64,000 nucleotides of DNA from Fibrobacter succinogenes (lineage in GTDB: Bacteria; Fibrobacterota; Fibrobacteria; Fibrobacterales; Fibrobacteraceae). The stretch lies in NCBI GenBank assembly GCA_902800345.1, contig CADCDO010000011.1, forward strand, positions 6,084-70,083. The letters are read 5' to 3'. How positions within the stretch are numbered: position 1 is the first letter of the stretch; each line of letters opens with the position of its first letter. The notes beneath the pieces were generated by a model. That model ran no database searches. It was not told where the DNA came from and saw nothing but the letters and a program-made list of their open reading frames with translations. Positions 17,471 through 27,644 of this stretch are shown in pieces. Position numbers and translations under genes: made by a program.

Positions 17471-19363
17471 TTAGAGGAACACCTCGATACCGCCGCGGCA
17501 CTTTTCCCAAGCCGGATTCTTCTTGCACAGAAGGTCCATCATCTTGTCGTAAGTGGCAGTGTTCGAGAAGCCCTTCCACAGGCGGCGTTCGACAGATTCA
17601 CCGGAATCCTTGTCGATTGTCGTGATGGTGTCGTAGTAGTTGGAATTGTCCTTGAATTCAGAAATCAAGATGTTCTTCAAGTCGTCCGTGTAAATGCGGG
17701 AGGCGTACTTGAGGATGGAATCGTTGAAATTGAGTTCGTTCTCGACGAGCCATTCGAAGTCCTGGATCGGATTGCCGTAGATGAGCCAGTGGCGGAGCGC
17801 AAGAGCGACCACGAGATCCTTCACGGCGCTGCGGAAGATGAACTTGTCTTCGAGACGGCCGTTCCACGTGATGCGGGTCAGCGGGTTATCGTCGTTCGCT
17901 TCGATGGAAACGCCCTTGCCCGGAGTGACCTTGCGGATCTTGATGGGCAAGCGGCTGAGGAGCTGCCAAGCCTTCGTGAAGGCGATGGTCTTACGGACGA
18001 AGTCCTTTTCCTTTTCGGGAGCGACGCGGATGAACGCACCGAAACAGCGCTGGTAGAGCGTTTCCTTGTCGAAGATGCAGTCACTGCTGCGGCATTCGCT
18101 AAGCTTTCCGTCCATCATGAACAATGTCTTTGCAAGTTCCGGACGCATACGGACTTCGAGTTTGCGGGTACGGGCTTTGAGACGCACGCCGTCCTTATAG
18201 ACGTAAGTAAAGCCTTCTTCCTGGTAGCGCTGCCAAATGAAGAACTGCAGGTCGTCCGCGGCACGCAGATGGTAGCTGAACACCGGGTTCTGGCGGTTGT
18301 TCGCCATGGTCACCTGGTTCAAGAAGTTGTCGGCGCCCTGGTAAGGCACAACGACTTTCACGAGCACTTGCGGGTTCACCGGATGCTTGCTCTTCTTGGC
18401 GTACTGCTCGTACGTGAAGAGGGACTGCGCACCGTTGATGATCTTCGGACGTTCGATGAAAAGCACCTTCTTGCCATCGCGTTCCTTGAGGCGCAGGTCG
18501 TCGCCCGTGAGCGTCATACCGTTATGGAGGAACGGGAAGTCATCGACGTTCACGTTCTTGTCGTCATTACGTTCCATCGTCTGGAAGGCGTCGATAAGAG
18601 CAGCGTTCGTGTGCGTGAGGTTACCAAGGTAAGTACGGATGTTGGAACTGACGATAGCCATGTTGTGCTTGGTCTTGAGGCGCTTGCCCAAGGCAACATG
18701 GTAGTCAAAAATCGTGCGGATTGGGCAGAAGCCGAGGAAAAGCTCGCCGTGATCCGATGTGAGGTGGAGCGGTTCGGAATCCATCTCGATTTCAAGTTTG
18801 TCGTCCGCACTGCGGAAATCGCGGGTCAGGTCGTCGTGTTCGGCAATGATTTCGAGTTTCGCCTTCACGTCGGTCTTCCAGAGCATGAGCTTTCTGCGCA
18901 TGTCCTTGAGCGTGCGTTCGAGTTCGGAGTCCGTGATGTCGCGGCTCGCGCGAGTGCGGAGCACCGTGATTTCCAAAGTTTCCATGTACGGACGGCTTGC
19001 AGGCGTGTCGTCATCTTCTTCGGTTTCATCTTCCGAAATCTTGTTGACGGCCCACGGGTCGGCTTCTTCGCGAAGCGAAAGGAAGAACGGGTTCGTCGGA
19101 TCGCTGGTGCGGAACACGGCTATCTGGAGTTGCTTCAAGTCCGAATTCAGATGGGCAACCACCTTTTCGAGTGGGGTGTCCTCATCCAGGAAGATGAAGA
19201 ATTCCATAAACCCTTGCGAATACTGGAAGCCATGAAAGCATCCATTTTCATCTAGATTCAGATGCCGGAGTGCCTTGATTCTATCGTTCGGGTCGTTAGG
19301 GTTCAAGCTCAAGAGGCTAGCGACAAATGCTAAGCGGCGTTCCTGCGATTTTGTTAGTTCCAT
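17471..19363 (-). CDS. AIPR-family (abortive-infection-associated) protein with an N-terminal extension of about 250 aa
   Basis: I trimmed the entry to the ATG at 19361-19363 (MELTKSQERR). The motif series NIRTYLG..TNAALIDAF, FPFLHNGMTLT, PKIINGAQSLFTY and VTMANNRQNPVFSYHLRAADDLQ matches my memory of the AIPR Pfam pattern (N.R.YLG / NNGIT / IVNGxQT / ATN.QN.V..DL.S.D). Confidence 0.55.
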   Translation of the reverse strand: MELTKSQERRLAFVASLLSLNPNDPNDRIKALRHLNLDENGCFHGFQYSQGFMEFFIFLDEDTPLEKVVAHLNSDLKQLQIAVFRTSDPTNPFFLSLREEADPWAVNKISEDETEEDDDTPASRPYMETLEITVLRTRASRDITDSELERTLKDMRRKLMLWKTDVKAKLEIIAEHDDLTRDFRSADDKLEIEMDSEPLHLTSDHGELFLGFCPIRTIFDYHVALGKRLKTKHNMAIVSSNIRTYLGNLTHTNAALIDAFQTMERNDDKNVNVDDFPFLHNGMTLTGDDLRLKERDGKKVLFIERPKIINGAQSLFTYEQYAKKSKHPVNPQVLVKVVVPYQGADNFLNQVTMANNRQNPVFSYHLRAADDLQFFIWQRYQEEGFTYVYKDGVRLKARTRKLEVRMRPELAKTLFMMDGKLSECRSSDCIFDKETLYQRCFGAFIRVAPEKEKDFVRKTIAFTKAWQLLSRLPIKIRKVTPGKGVSIEANDDNPLTRITWNGRLEDKFIFRSAVKDLVVALALRHWLIYGNPIQDFEWLVENELNFNDSILKYASRIYTDDLKNILISEFKDNSNYYDTITTIDKDSGESVERRLWKGFSNTATYDKMMDLLCKKNPAWEKCRGGIEVFL

Positions 19364-19565
19364 TTTTTCCTCAATATTGCACCCTAAAAATAGTTTCAAA
19401 TCATAACATTTGCGTGCAAAAAAGATAAAACATTCACTTTTTTTTGGAAAAAATACAAAAAACAAATGCACAAATGTGTAAATTTATCATTTTTTATGTT
19501 TTTTTTATGCGTTTCTCCGTTTTTGCAAACAAAAAAGCTATGATTTAAATATTAGGAGTCTTTTT

Positions 19566-20318
19566 ATGAATTTACTAGATGTCATAGCTAAAGCTAAAGC
19601 CGAAAAAGCAAAGTCGTTGGACTTGTCCCAGAAGGGGCTGCGCCTTTTGCCGCCCGAACTTTTCGAAATCGAATCGCTCGAAGAGCTAAACCTGGACCGT
19701 AACCTGCTCGTCGAAATTCCCGACGACATCGGCCTTCTGAAGAACCTGAAGAGCCTCTCCGTGAGCGAAAACGACCTCATGGAACTCCCGGATTCCATCG
19801 GCGACCTTGTAAACCTGGAACACCTATATTTAGGCTACAACAGCCTGTCCGAGCTCCCCGATTCCATCGGCAAACTTTCCAAGCTCGATACGGTGAACAT
19901 CGCCAAGAACCAGCTTTTGGACCTCACCAAAGAAATCGGCAAGTGCCAAAACGTGACCAAGCTGTCGCTCCACGACAACATGCTCACCGAAGTCCCGGCG
20001 ACGCTCGGCAAGCTTAAGAAGCTCCGCAAGCTCTACCTGGACAACAACGAACTGACCAGCATCCCGGCATCGCTATCCCAACTGGAATCCCTCGAAGTCC
20101 TGATGGTCTCGGGCAACAACCTGGGAGCCGTCCCGTCCGAGTTCGGCAACCTGAAAAAGCTCAAGGAACTCGTCCTCGACGCGAACCAGCTTGCAACACT
20201 CCCCGAAAGCCTCGCCGAATGCGACAGCCTCGAAACCATTTCCGTTGTCGAGAACCCGCTCGAAGGCGGAATCCCACGCATTCTTCTCGACAAGAAAGGA
20301 CTGAGCATCGATCAGTAG
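19566..20318 (+). CDS. Leucine-rich-repeat protein (about nine 23-residue LRRs, no signal peptide)
   Basis: 250 aa with the repeat LxxLxxLxLxxNxLxxLPxSIGxL throughout, e.g. LKNLKSLSVSENDLMELPDSIGDLVNLEHLYLGYNSLSELPDSIGKL. Confidence 0.85.
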   Translation: MNLLDVIAKAKAEKAKSLDLSQKGLRLLPPELFEIESLEELNLDRNLLVEIPDDIGLLKNLKSLSVSENDLMELPDSIGDLVNLEHLYLGYNSLSELPDSIGKLSKLDTVNIAKNQLLDLTKEIGKCQNVTKLSLHDNMLTEVPATLGKLKKLRKLYLDNNELTSIPASLSQLESLEVLMVSGNNLGAVPSEFGNLKKLKELVLDANQLATLPESLAECDSLETISVVENPLEGGIPRILLDKKGLSIDQ

Positions 20319-20331
20319 CGGCTTCGCCGCA

Positions 20332-20377
20332 GTTACTAGTCACTAGTTATTAGTTACTAGAGAATTGTCATTCCGGA
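20332..20377 (+). repeat. Five tandem heptamers followed by a GTCATTCCGGA box
   Basis: The array reads GTTACTA GTCACTA GTTATTA GTTACTA GAGAATT and is followed by GTCATTCCGGA. It begins 14 nt after the LRR gene stop. Confidence 0.8.
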
Positions 20378-20556
20378 CTAGTTCCAGAACGAAAGAGGTT
20401 AGGATTAAGGAGTAAAGGCTTTTCGTGTATATTCATCAACATCCAAACGAACACAAACATATCATCCCGGACTCCGTTCCGGGCTTTCCATTTCATTCAC
20501 TCGTCTCTCGTCTTTGGCCTTTCACTTCGTTCAAGGCCCAACCATTCGGCTCGATC

Positions 20557-21903
20557 ATGCCCATGCATGCATGGTCGCGATTCTCGCCTTTTATGGTTGT
20601 CGTCTGTATTTTCCTCTTAGCCGCTTGCTCCGACTTTATCCATCCGGTCAAGAGCACGCCCGAGCCAACGGAATACTCCTTCAACTACTGGCTCCTGCAG
20701 AGAACGTACCTGTACGAAGATGAACTCCCCAACCTGGCCGAAGACGGCGATTCCGTACAAGACCTCTACAAAACGCTCAAGGATCCATACACAAGCTACA
20801 TCCCCCCATCCAAGAGCGAAACGGCAAAACAACAATTGAGTACAAGCGTCATCATCGGCGGCGACATCGGGATGCGCTATTACAACTACAAGGACTTGGA
20901 GCACCCCATCCTCATCTCCCGCGTTTTTCCTAAAGCTCCCGCCGGAAGAGCCGGAGTTCCAAGATACGGGAACATCATCAGCGCAAACGAAATAGAACTC
21001 ACCGGAGAAAGAGCCGCAATAACATACGACTCCATCCTCTCCTACAGCGAGAATGTAAACATCCGCGTCGCCTACAAGGGCGATACCACGCTGTACAAGC
21101 TCAAGAAAGAGACCGTCTTTGCCCCGACCGTCTTTGTGGACACGCTCTACAGGGACTCGGCCAAAGGATATCCAGGCATAGTGTTCGTCACCATCGAGAT
21201 TTTCAAGGACTCGACAGAAAACTTAATATTCGGGACATACGGGGAACTCAAGGATTATCTGGATTCGACAACCTCAGACAAACGCGTTCGCGTCCTCGAT
21301 TTGAGGGGAAACCCAGGCGGAATTGTAAGGCAATGCCTTAACGTAGCGGATCTTTTCGTAAGCAAGGGAACGCTTTCGACAAGGCACTCGCACTCACTGA
21401 CCGCCGATGGGGGTTCAACGCATTACACGACGGTCGAAACGGCACACCCCGGAGATCCCGGAGAAACAGGCAACTACATCATCCTTGCAGACAGGACCTC
21501 CGCCAGTTGCGCCGAGATTTTCATTGCCGCCGTCACCGAGCTCACCGACATCCCATTCATCGGCACAAGAACTTACGGGAAAGGCGTGGGACAGACTCCG
21601 TACGATACATACGCAGGCGGAATTGCAAAGATTACAAACTTCGAGTTTTTCACGCCCAAGGGAAACTCATACAACCAGAAGGGGATTTTCCCCAAATACG
21701 AATGCAACGACGTCATTGGCGAAAGTTGCGCCGCGCAAATAGCCAAAAAAATTTACGGAGTTAAAATACCGAAACAAGAAACAGTGCTAGCCAAGTACGG
21801 AACGGAAATCAAGGAACAGACCGTAACAGAACTTGAGGGAGGAGCCATAATATGGACAAACGAAAACAACTTTTTAAAGGCATTCGAAGAATCAAATCGT
21901 TAA
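20557..21903 (+). CDS. S41-family (C-terminal processing/tail-specific-like) peptidase lipoprotein
   Basis: I trimmed the GTG-initiated ORF to the ATG at 20557 (MPMHAWSRFSPFMVVVCIFLLAACS, with lipobox). S41 motifs are present: DLRGNPGG, TSASCAEIF (catalytic Ser) and TYGKG (catalytic Lys). Confidence 0.8.
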   Translation: MPMHAWSRFSPFMVVVCIFLLAACSDFIHPVKSTPEPTEYSFNYWLLQRTYLYEDELPNLAEDGDSVQDLYKTLKDPYTSYIPPSKSETAKQQLSTSVIIGGDIGMRYYNYKDLEHPILISRVFPKAPAGRAGVPRYGNIISANEIELTGERAAITYDSILSYSENVNIRVAYKGDTTLYKLKKETVFAPTVFVDTLYRDSAKGYPGIVFVTIEIFKDSTENLIFGTYGELKDYLDSTTSDKRVRVLDLRGNPGGIVRQCLNVADLFVSKGTLSTRHSHSLTADGGSTHYTTVETAHPGDPGETGNYIILADRTSASCAEIFIAAVTELTDIPFIGTRTYGKGVGQTPYDTYAGGIAKITNFEFFTPKGNSYNQKGIFPKYECNDVIGESCAAQIAKKIYGVKIPKQETVLAKYGTEIKEQTVTELEGGAIIWTNENNFLKAFEESNR

Positions 21904-23249
21904 TTTACGCATTCTCCGTATTTTCATTCGTCTGTTTAAACCTATCTATCGTCGCATGCGACACAAGCGACGAAGTGACATCTTTAAAATCGGAACCCCT
22001 CTCGGCAGGCGTTTCCAACGAATTTATTTACAATTACGAATTACTTCACTTCTTTTACATCCATCAGGACAAATATCTTGACAAACCCGAGACCTATATA
22101 GGGAAAGCCGATGAAGAAGCCTTGTTCGAAAAAGGGATTCCCTGGGATTACTACGACATCTATTACATGTACTCCCAGATGAACGACCCCTATACATACT
22201 ACTTGGATCCATCGATAGCCGCCAGCCTGTTAAATTCATTGAACAATTCCGAAGAAAAAATCGGAGCAGGCTTTGTGCTGGATTCATCACTTGTGCCGAA
22301 CAAGTACGTTATCAAGAATGTCATTAAAAATTCACCCGCCGACAAGTCCGGGATCAAGGCCGGTGACGAAATCATCGAAATCGAAGGAATCGTTCCGACC
22401 AGCGAAATTGCATTCAGAAGATTGGCCGTTGGTGTCGAAGGCGAAACCATCACCTACACCATCAAACGCGATTCCGCAACAAAAAAAATTCCGGTCGTCA
22501 TCGCCCACTACTTCATGCCCACCCTGGAACTCACATTCATGGATTCCATTCCAATCATCAAGATTAACGAATTCACGGGGCACACGTCGAACGATTCCGG
22601 CTCGTACGGGGAATTTAAAGAAATTCTCCGAGAAACCAAAAATTACCCGACAACAATCATCGATTTACGTGACAATGGCGGCGGAGATGCCGACCAGTGC
22701 TTCGCCATGACCCAGGAACTTCTTTCCAAGGGCGACACGACCGTAGCCGTCATAGAAGCTGACGCGGACACCGTCCTCAACAAGCAAATTTTCGATACAA
22801 CATATTACATCAACGAATTCGACGGAATGGCAAAAGACCGCTATTTCGTATTCCTCGCGAACGAAATGACAGCAAGCTGTTCCGAAATCATGATTGCAGG
22901 CGTCGTATCGAACAAGAAATATCCGGTCATCGGGACGACCACATACGGGAAAGGAATCGGGCAATCGCAAATGCTGACGCCATCCTATTCGCTAGCCTCC
23001 ATCACCCGGCTGCAAATCATAGACAAGCAAAAATTAACTTACCACAAATACGGAATCGAGCCGGATTTTGCCATAAGGAACGACAAACAAGCTCTCAACA
23101 AAGCCGTAGCCCTCGCCAAGGAACAAAACTTTGTACGAGTTGCCGGATATGGTAACGAAAATACCGGGCACTTTGCAAAAATGGGGACCGCGCCGGATAC
23201 CATGTCGGGATTCTACTTCTTGCCGAAAGAATACAGGAAGAAATTTTAG
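21852..23249 (+). CDS. S41-family peptidase lipoprotein with PDZ domain (paralog of the preceding gene)
   Basis: 465 aa. It has a lipobox (LSIVAC), a PDZ-like segment (SPADKSGIKAGDEIIEIEG) and the motifs DLRDNGGG, MTASCSEIM and TYGKGIGQ. Its start overlaps the upstream S41 gene by 52 nt. Confidence 0.8.
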   Translation: MDKRKQLFKGIRRIKSLIYAFSVFSFVCLNLSIVACDTSDEVTSLKSEPLSAGVSNEFIYNYELLHFFYIHQDKYLDKPETYIGKADEEALFEKGIPWDYYDIYYMYSQMNDPYTYYLDPSIAASLLNSLNNSEEKIGAGFVLDSSLVPNKYVIKNVIKNSPADKSGIKAGDEIIEIEGIVPTSEIAFRRLAVGVEGETITYTIKRDSATKKIPVVIAHYFMPTLELTFMDSIPIIKINEFTGHTSNDSGSYGEFKEILRETKNYPTTIIDLRDNGGGDADQCFAMTQELLSKGDTTVAVIEADADTVLNKQIFDTTYYINEFDGMAKDRYFVFLANEMTASCSEIMIAGVVSNKKYPVIGTTTYGKGIGQSQMLTPSYSLASITRLQIIDKQKLTYHKYGIEPDFAIRNDKQALNKAVALAKEQNFVRVAGYGNENTGHFAKMGTAPDTMSGFYFLPKEYRKKF

Positions 23250-23304
23250 AATCGTATGGATCCTATCGCCTTCGGCTCCAGGATGACCGCGACGTTCGCC
23301 GCGG

Positions 23305-24615
23305 TCACTTCAGCACGCGCATGCGAACGAGCACGTCCGTGGAGTCGTTCGCCTTGACCGCCGGAGACTCAAGCGTCTGCTGCAGTTCCTTGCGGATATC
23401 GGCCACCTGCTTTTTAAGCCTTGCAAGGCGGTTGCCTTCGAGTTTCGGCGTTGCAATCATCGTCTTCTTTGCCGGGTTCATCCAGGAGCCACGAGCGTCC
23501 TTGAAGCCCAAGTGCAAATGCGGCCCCGTACTGCGGCCCGTCGAGCCCACGCGGCCAATGACCTGGCGCGGAGCGACCTTCGTCCCGACATTCACGCCAC
23601 GGACGGAAAGATGCATATACCAGCTCTCGGAATTGTCCCTGTGGCGGATGGCAATCTTGTTTCCGCTCAAGTCGTCGTAGCCCGAAACAGTCACGACACC
23701 GGCAGCAACGGCATAGACAGGCGAACCCTTGGGGCTACCGTAGTCAATACCATGATGCACCGTGCGACGCCCCGTAATCGGGTGAATTCGTGCTCCGTAC
23801 GGGCTCGTGATGTGCAAACGGTCCAACGGGTAGCGGAGCCCTTCAAAAATAAGCGCCTCGCCCTTTTCGGTATAGTGGGCGTTGAAGGTACTCTTCGGAT
23901 CCGGATCTTCGTAACGGAAAGCTTCGTGATGCCCCACCCTGTAACCGTCGAATTCGGCATACAGGACCTTGCCGCTAATCCAGATGGAATCCTGATAGAA
24001 CTTTTCTTCGAGCAATATGCGGAACTTGTCACCCGGACGCGCTAGCTGGAACGAGACCTTGCACTGCAAAATACCGCTCACGACGCCCACCATGCGGCCA
24101 GGAATACCGACCTTGTACAGAATACCGTTCAACGTGCTGCCGTTCTCGAGAGCGCCTTCGAACGCAGACTGGCGGACCGTCACCGGCTTGTCGATACGGC
24201 TGTAGGCAAAGCCGGAATCCGTCTTGCTCAACATGTGGACCGTCGCCGGGTTCGGCGCAAAACGGAAACGCTGGACATCGCCAGCAGAATCGAGAGCCGC
24301 ATAGAACACCTGCCCCACGCGGAGCGCCGCAAGTTCAACGGAATCCTGCAAGGCAATCACGATTTTTCCGCGTTCCTTTTCGTTGATGTTCATGCGGTAC
24401 AGCACCTGGAAAAGCCCATCGCCCGCACGGACCGTATCGTTTTTCACAATCCACTTAGAAACTCCACCTTGAGCCTTTGCAATCAAGGCTTTCAGCGAAT
24501 CCGCTTTCGCTTCCAATTTTGCGTTTTCCTGTTTCAACGCATCAATCTTTTTCTGTTCGTTACATCCGGTAAGCGCAATAAACGCGGCGCAAAGCAAAAC
24601 AATAATTCTAGACAT
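23305..24615 (-). CDS. M23-family peptidoglycan metalloendopeptidase lipoprotein with N-terminal coiled coil
   Basis: I trimmed the entry to the ATG at 24613-24615 (MSRIIVLLCAAFIALTGC). M23 motifs are present: HHGIDYGSPKGSPVYA, WYMHLS and GSTGRSTGPHLH. Confidence 0.85.
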   Translation of the reverse strand: MSRIIVLLCAAFIALTGCNEQKKIDALKQENAKLEAKADSLKALIAKAQGGVSKWIVKNDTVRAGDGLFQVLYRMNINEKERGKIVIALQDSVELAALRVGQVFYAALDSAGDVQRFRFAPNPATVHMLSKTDSGFAYSRIDKPVTVRQSAFEGALENGSTLNGILYKVGIPGRMVGVVSGILQCKVSFQLARPGDKFRILLEEKFYQDSIWISGKVLYAEFDGYRVGHHEAFRYEDPDPKSTFNAHYTEKGEALIFEGLRYPLDRLHITSPYGARIHPITGRRTVHHGIDYGSPKGSPVYAVAAGVVTVSGYDDLSGNKIAIRHRDNSESWYMHLSVRGVNVGTKVAPRQVIGRVGSTGRSTGPHLHLGFKDARGSWMNPAKKTMIATPKLEGNRLARLKKQVADIRKELQQTLESPAVKANDSTDVLVRMRVLK

Positions 24616-24723
24616 AAACACCCGCTCAAAAAACATGCAAAACCAAAGATAAAATTTTTCGACAACCATCGAGAAAGCAGTCCCCGCCAAACGCACATAA
24701 TGAAAAGTAATGGATGGCAACAC

Positions 24724-24759
24724 AAAAAAAAACACCCCACGCAGAGTTGCGCAGGGTGC
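24724..24759 (-). terminator. Intrinsic terminator after the FKBP isomerase gene
   Basis: The minus strand reads CACCCTGCGC-AACTCT-GCGTGGGGTG, a stem of about 10 bp with two G-U pairs. It is followed by a run of 9 T. Confidence 0.7.
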
Positions 24760-24785
24760 AAGTTTCGAAACCGAAAAGCGAGAGC

Positions 24786-25598
24786 TTACTTGGCAGCAGG
24801 AGCGGCAGGCTTCTTAGCCGGCTTGGCAGTCTTTGCAGCGGGCTTGGCTTCTTCGGCAGGCTTTTCAGGAGCAATCACATCCAAAAGTTCCATTTCGAAC
24901 TTGAGGACGGAGTTACCCGGGATAGCGCGGTTGCCACGCGGACCGTAAGCGAGGTCGCTCGGGATCCATGCGGTGACCTTTTCGCCAACCTTCATGAGCT
25001 TGAGCATTTCTGTCCAGCCGGAAATAACGGCCGTGACCGGGAATTCGAGCGGCTGGCCACGATCGACAGAGCTGTCGAACTTGGTGCCATCGAGGAGCGT
25101 ACCAGTATAGTGAACCTTGACCTTGTCTTCGTCAGTCGGCGTTGCACCAGTACCTTCGGTCATAACCTTATACTGAAGACCACTTGCCGTGGTCACGACG
25201 CCTTCGGCAGTCTTGTTCTTGGCGAGGAAAGCTTCACCTTCAGCCTTGTTCTTTTCGGCGGCGATGCTGTCCTTCTTCATCTTTTCGGCCTGACGGTCAG
25301 CAGAAAGCTTGTTGAGCGTTTCCATGATGATGGAATCGTTCATCAAGAACTTTGAAGAATCTTCGTTATAGCGTTCCTTGAAAGCCTGGATGAAGAGATC
25401 CAAGTCAAGATCGATAGAATCACGAGTCACCAGCTGGAAACGAGCCTGGTTACCAAAGTGGGCACCGAGAGCGTAGCTATACTTGTCCTTTTCGGTCACA
25501 AGCGAAGTCTTTTCGGCAGGAGCGGATTGGCACATTTGGTCGCAACCCGTCATGAGCAGGGCAAGAGCGCCAGCTGCAATAATAAGTTTGGTCTTCAT
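24786..25598 (-). CDS. FKBP-type peptidyl-prolyl isomerase (FkpA/Mip-like lipoprotein) with Lys/Ala/Pro-rich C-terminal tail
   Basis: 270 aa. It has a lipobox (LLMTGC), an FKBP_N-like helical domain and an FKBP core (VKVHYTGTLLDGTKFDSS...VISGWTEML..VGEK..IPSDLAYG). The tail is PEKPAEEAKPAAKTAKPAKKPAAPAAK. Confidence 0.9.
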   Translation of the reverse strand: MKTKLIIAAGALALLMTGCDQMCQSAPAEKTSLVTEKDKYSYALGAHFGNQARFQLVTRDSIDLDLDLFIQAFKERYNEDSSKFLMNDSIIMETLNKLSADRQAEKMKKDSIAAEKNKAEGEAFLAKNKTAEGVVTTASGLQYKVMTEGTGATPTDEDKVKVHYTGTLLDGTKFDSSVDRGQPLEFPVTAVISGWTEMLKLMKVGEKVTAWIPSDLAYGPRGNRAIPGNSVLKFEMELLDVIAPEKPAEEAKPAAKTAKPAKKPAAPAAK

Positions 25599-25729
25599 TT
25601 TTATCCTCTATGAAAAAAATTTGGCTCTTTTAAAATAGTAAAACATTGCTGATAAATATTATCAATATTTTATTTTTACCTCCACATTTTGTATATTTTC
25701 CGTCAACAATCAAAATAACCAGGATTTTT

Positions 25730-27559
25730 ATGTGCGGAATAGTTGGATACAATGGTAAGGGAAGTGCACTCCCGATCCTAGTGGAAGGTCTCAAGAAAAT
25801 GGAATACCGCGGCTATGACAGTTCAGGAGTCGCAGTTTTAGACCAAGGGAGTATAAAAGTCGTCCGCGCATCCGGCAAAATCAAGGCTCTCGAGGACAAA
25901 CTAAAAGAAACCCCGATTAAAGGTACCGTAGGCATAGCCCACACCCGCTGGGCCACCCACGGCGCCCCCACCGAAGAAAACGCCCACCCGCACACCAGCT
26001 ACGATGGAAAAATTTCGATTGTCCACAACGGCATCATCGAAAACTACGCAAGCCTCAAGGCAAAACTCATTTCCGAGGGAATCCAGTTCAAGTCCGAAAC
26101 CGACACCGAAGTCGTCGCCCACCTCATCGCACGCTATTACAACGGGGATTTGAAGTCCGCCGTCCTCAAGGCGCTCAAGCAAGTCGAAGGAACATTCGGC
26201 CTCGGCGTCATCTGCAGCGACGAACCGGACGTCTTGATCGGCGCCCGCCGCGGAAGCCCGCTTATCCTCGGCATCGGAAACGACGGGGACTTTTACCTCG
26301 CCAGTGACGTCGCCGCCATCATCAACCACACGCAAAAAGTCGTTTATCTGGACGACAACGACGTTGTACAAATCAAGAACGGCGGCTACTCCATCGTGAA
26401 CATGAGCAGCCACGAAGTGCAGCGCGAAGTCCAGGACGTGGAATTCGACGCCGACGCCGTCGCCAAGGGCGGATTCCCGCACTTCATGCTCAAGGAAATT
26501 TTCGAACAGCCCGACGTGCTCCGCAACACCATGCGCGGCCGCCTGCTCACCGCCGAAGGCAACGCGAAACTCGCCGGCCTCGACACGAACATCAAGGAAC
26601 TCAGGAACATCAACCGAATCATCATCACCGCCTGCGGCACAAGCTACTATGCCGGCATGGTCGGCGAATACATGATCGAAGACCTCGCCGGCGTCCCGGT
26701 CGAAGTCGAATACGCATCCGAATTCCGCTACAGGAACCCGATTATCAAGCCGGGCACGCTTGTACTCGCCATCAGCCAGTCCGGCGAAACGGCCGATACG
26801 CTCGCCGCCCTCAAGGAAGCCCAGCAAAAAGGCGCAACCGCGCTCGCCATCTGTAACGGAGTCGGTTCGACCATCGCGCGCACAAGCGACGGTGGCGTTT
26901 ACTTGCACGCCGGCCCAGAAATCGGTGTGGCTAGCACCAAGGCATTCACAAGCCAGGTGACCGTGCTTGCCATGATTGCACTTTTGCTCGGACGTCAACG
27001 CCGACTCAGCTTCGAGACAGGCGCCGACATCGTCAAGGACCTTACGGAACTTCCGGATCTCGTCACAGAGACCCTCAAGCTCTCCGACAGCATCGCCGAA
27101 ATCGCAAAGACCCTCAGCAAGGCGAACAACTTCTTGTACCTCGGTCGCCACTTCTGCTACCCGGTCGCCATGGAAGGCGCCCTGAAGCTCAAGGAAATCA
27201 GCTACATCCACGCCGAAGGCTACCCCGCCGCCGAAATGAAACACGGCCCGATTGCCCTCATCGACGAGAACATGCCCGTCGTGGTCATCGCCCCGAAAGA
27301 CGCCCTCTTCGACAAGATTATCAGCAACATCCGCGAAATCAAGGCCCGCGGCGGCAAAGTCATCGCCGTCACCACGGAAGACTGCCACCCGCTCGACGAA
27401 ATCGCAGACAACCTCATTATAGTGCCGAAGACCCGCCCGATGCTCATGCCGATTGTCACCTGCATTCCGTTGCAGCTCCTCGCCTACCACATCGCCGTGC
27501 TGCGCGGAAACGACGTGGACCAGCCGAGAAACCTCGCCAAGAGCGTAACGGTAGAATAA
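25730..27559 (+). CDS. glmS: Glutamine--fructose-6-phosphate aminotransferase
   Basis: I trimmed the entry to the ATG at 25730, giving MCGIVGY (N-terminal nucleophile Cys). It has two SIS domains and the canonical C-terminus NLAKSVTVE. Confidence 0.97.
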   Translation: MCGIVGYNGKGSALPILVEGLKKMEYRGYDSSGVAVLDQGSIKVVRASGKIKALEDKLKETPIKGTVGIAHTRWATHGAPTEENAHPHTSYDGKISIVHNGIIENYASLKAKLISEGIQFKSETDTEVVAHLIARYYNGDLKSAVLKALKQVEGTFGLGVICSDEPDVLIGARRGSPLILGIGNDGDFYLASDVAAIINHTQKVVYLDDNDVVQIKNGGYSIVNMSSHEVQREVQDVEFDADAVAKGGFPHFMLKEIFEQPDVLRNTMRGRLLTAEGNAKLAGLDTNIKELRNINRIIITACGTSYYAGMVGEYMIEDLAGVPVEVEYASEFRYRNPIIKPGTLVLAISQSGETADTLAALKEAQQKGATALAICNGVGSTIARTSDGGVYLHAGPEIGVASTKAFTSQVTVLAMIALLLGRQRRLSFETGADIVKDLTELPDLVTETLKLSDSIAEIAKTLSKANNFLYLGRHFCYPVAMEGALKLKEISYIHAEGYPAAEMKHGPIALIDENMPVVVIAPKDALFDKIISNIREIKARGGKVIAVTTEDCHPLDEIADNLIIVPKTRPMLMPIVTCIPLQLLAYHIAVLRGNDVDQPRNLAKSVTVE

Positions 27560-27618
27560 TAGGTCTTAGGGTTTTTCCACAGTTGGCGGAACTTAGAACT
27601 TAGAGCTTAGAAAGCAAG

Positions 27619-27642
27619 CCCCTCCCGACGGGAGGGGTTTTT
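27619..27642 (+). terminator. Intrinsic terminator after glmS
   Basis: The 7-bp GC stem CCCCTCC / GGAGGGG has loop CGACG and is followed by TTTTT. It sits 60 nt after the glmS stop. Confidence 0.7.
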
Positions 27643-27644
27643 AG

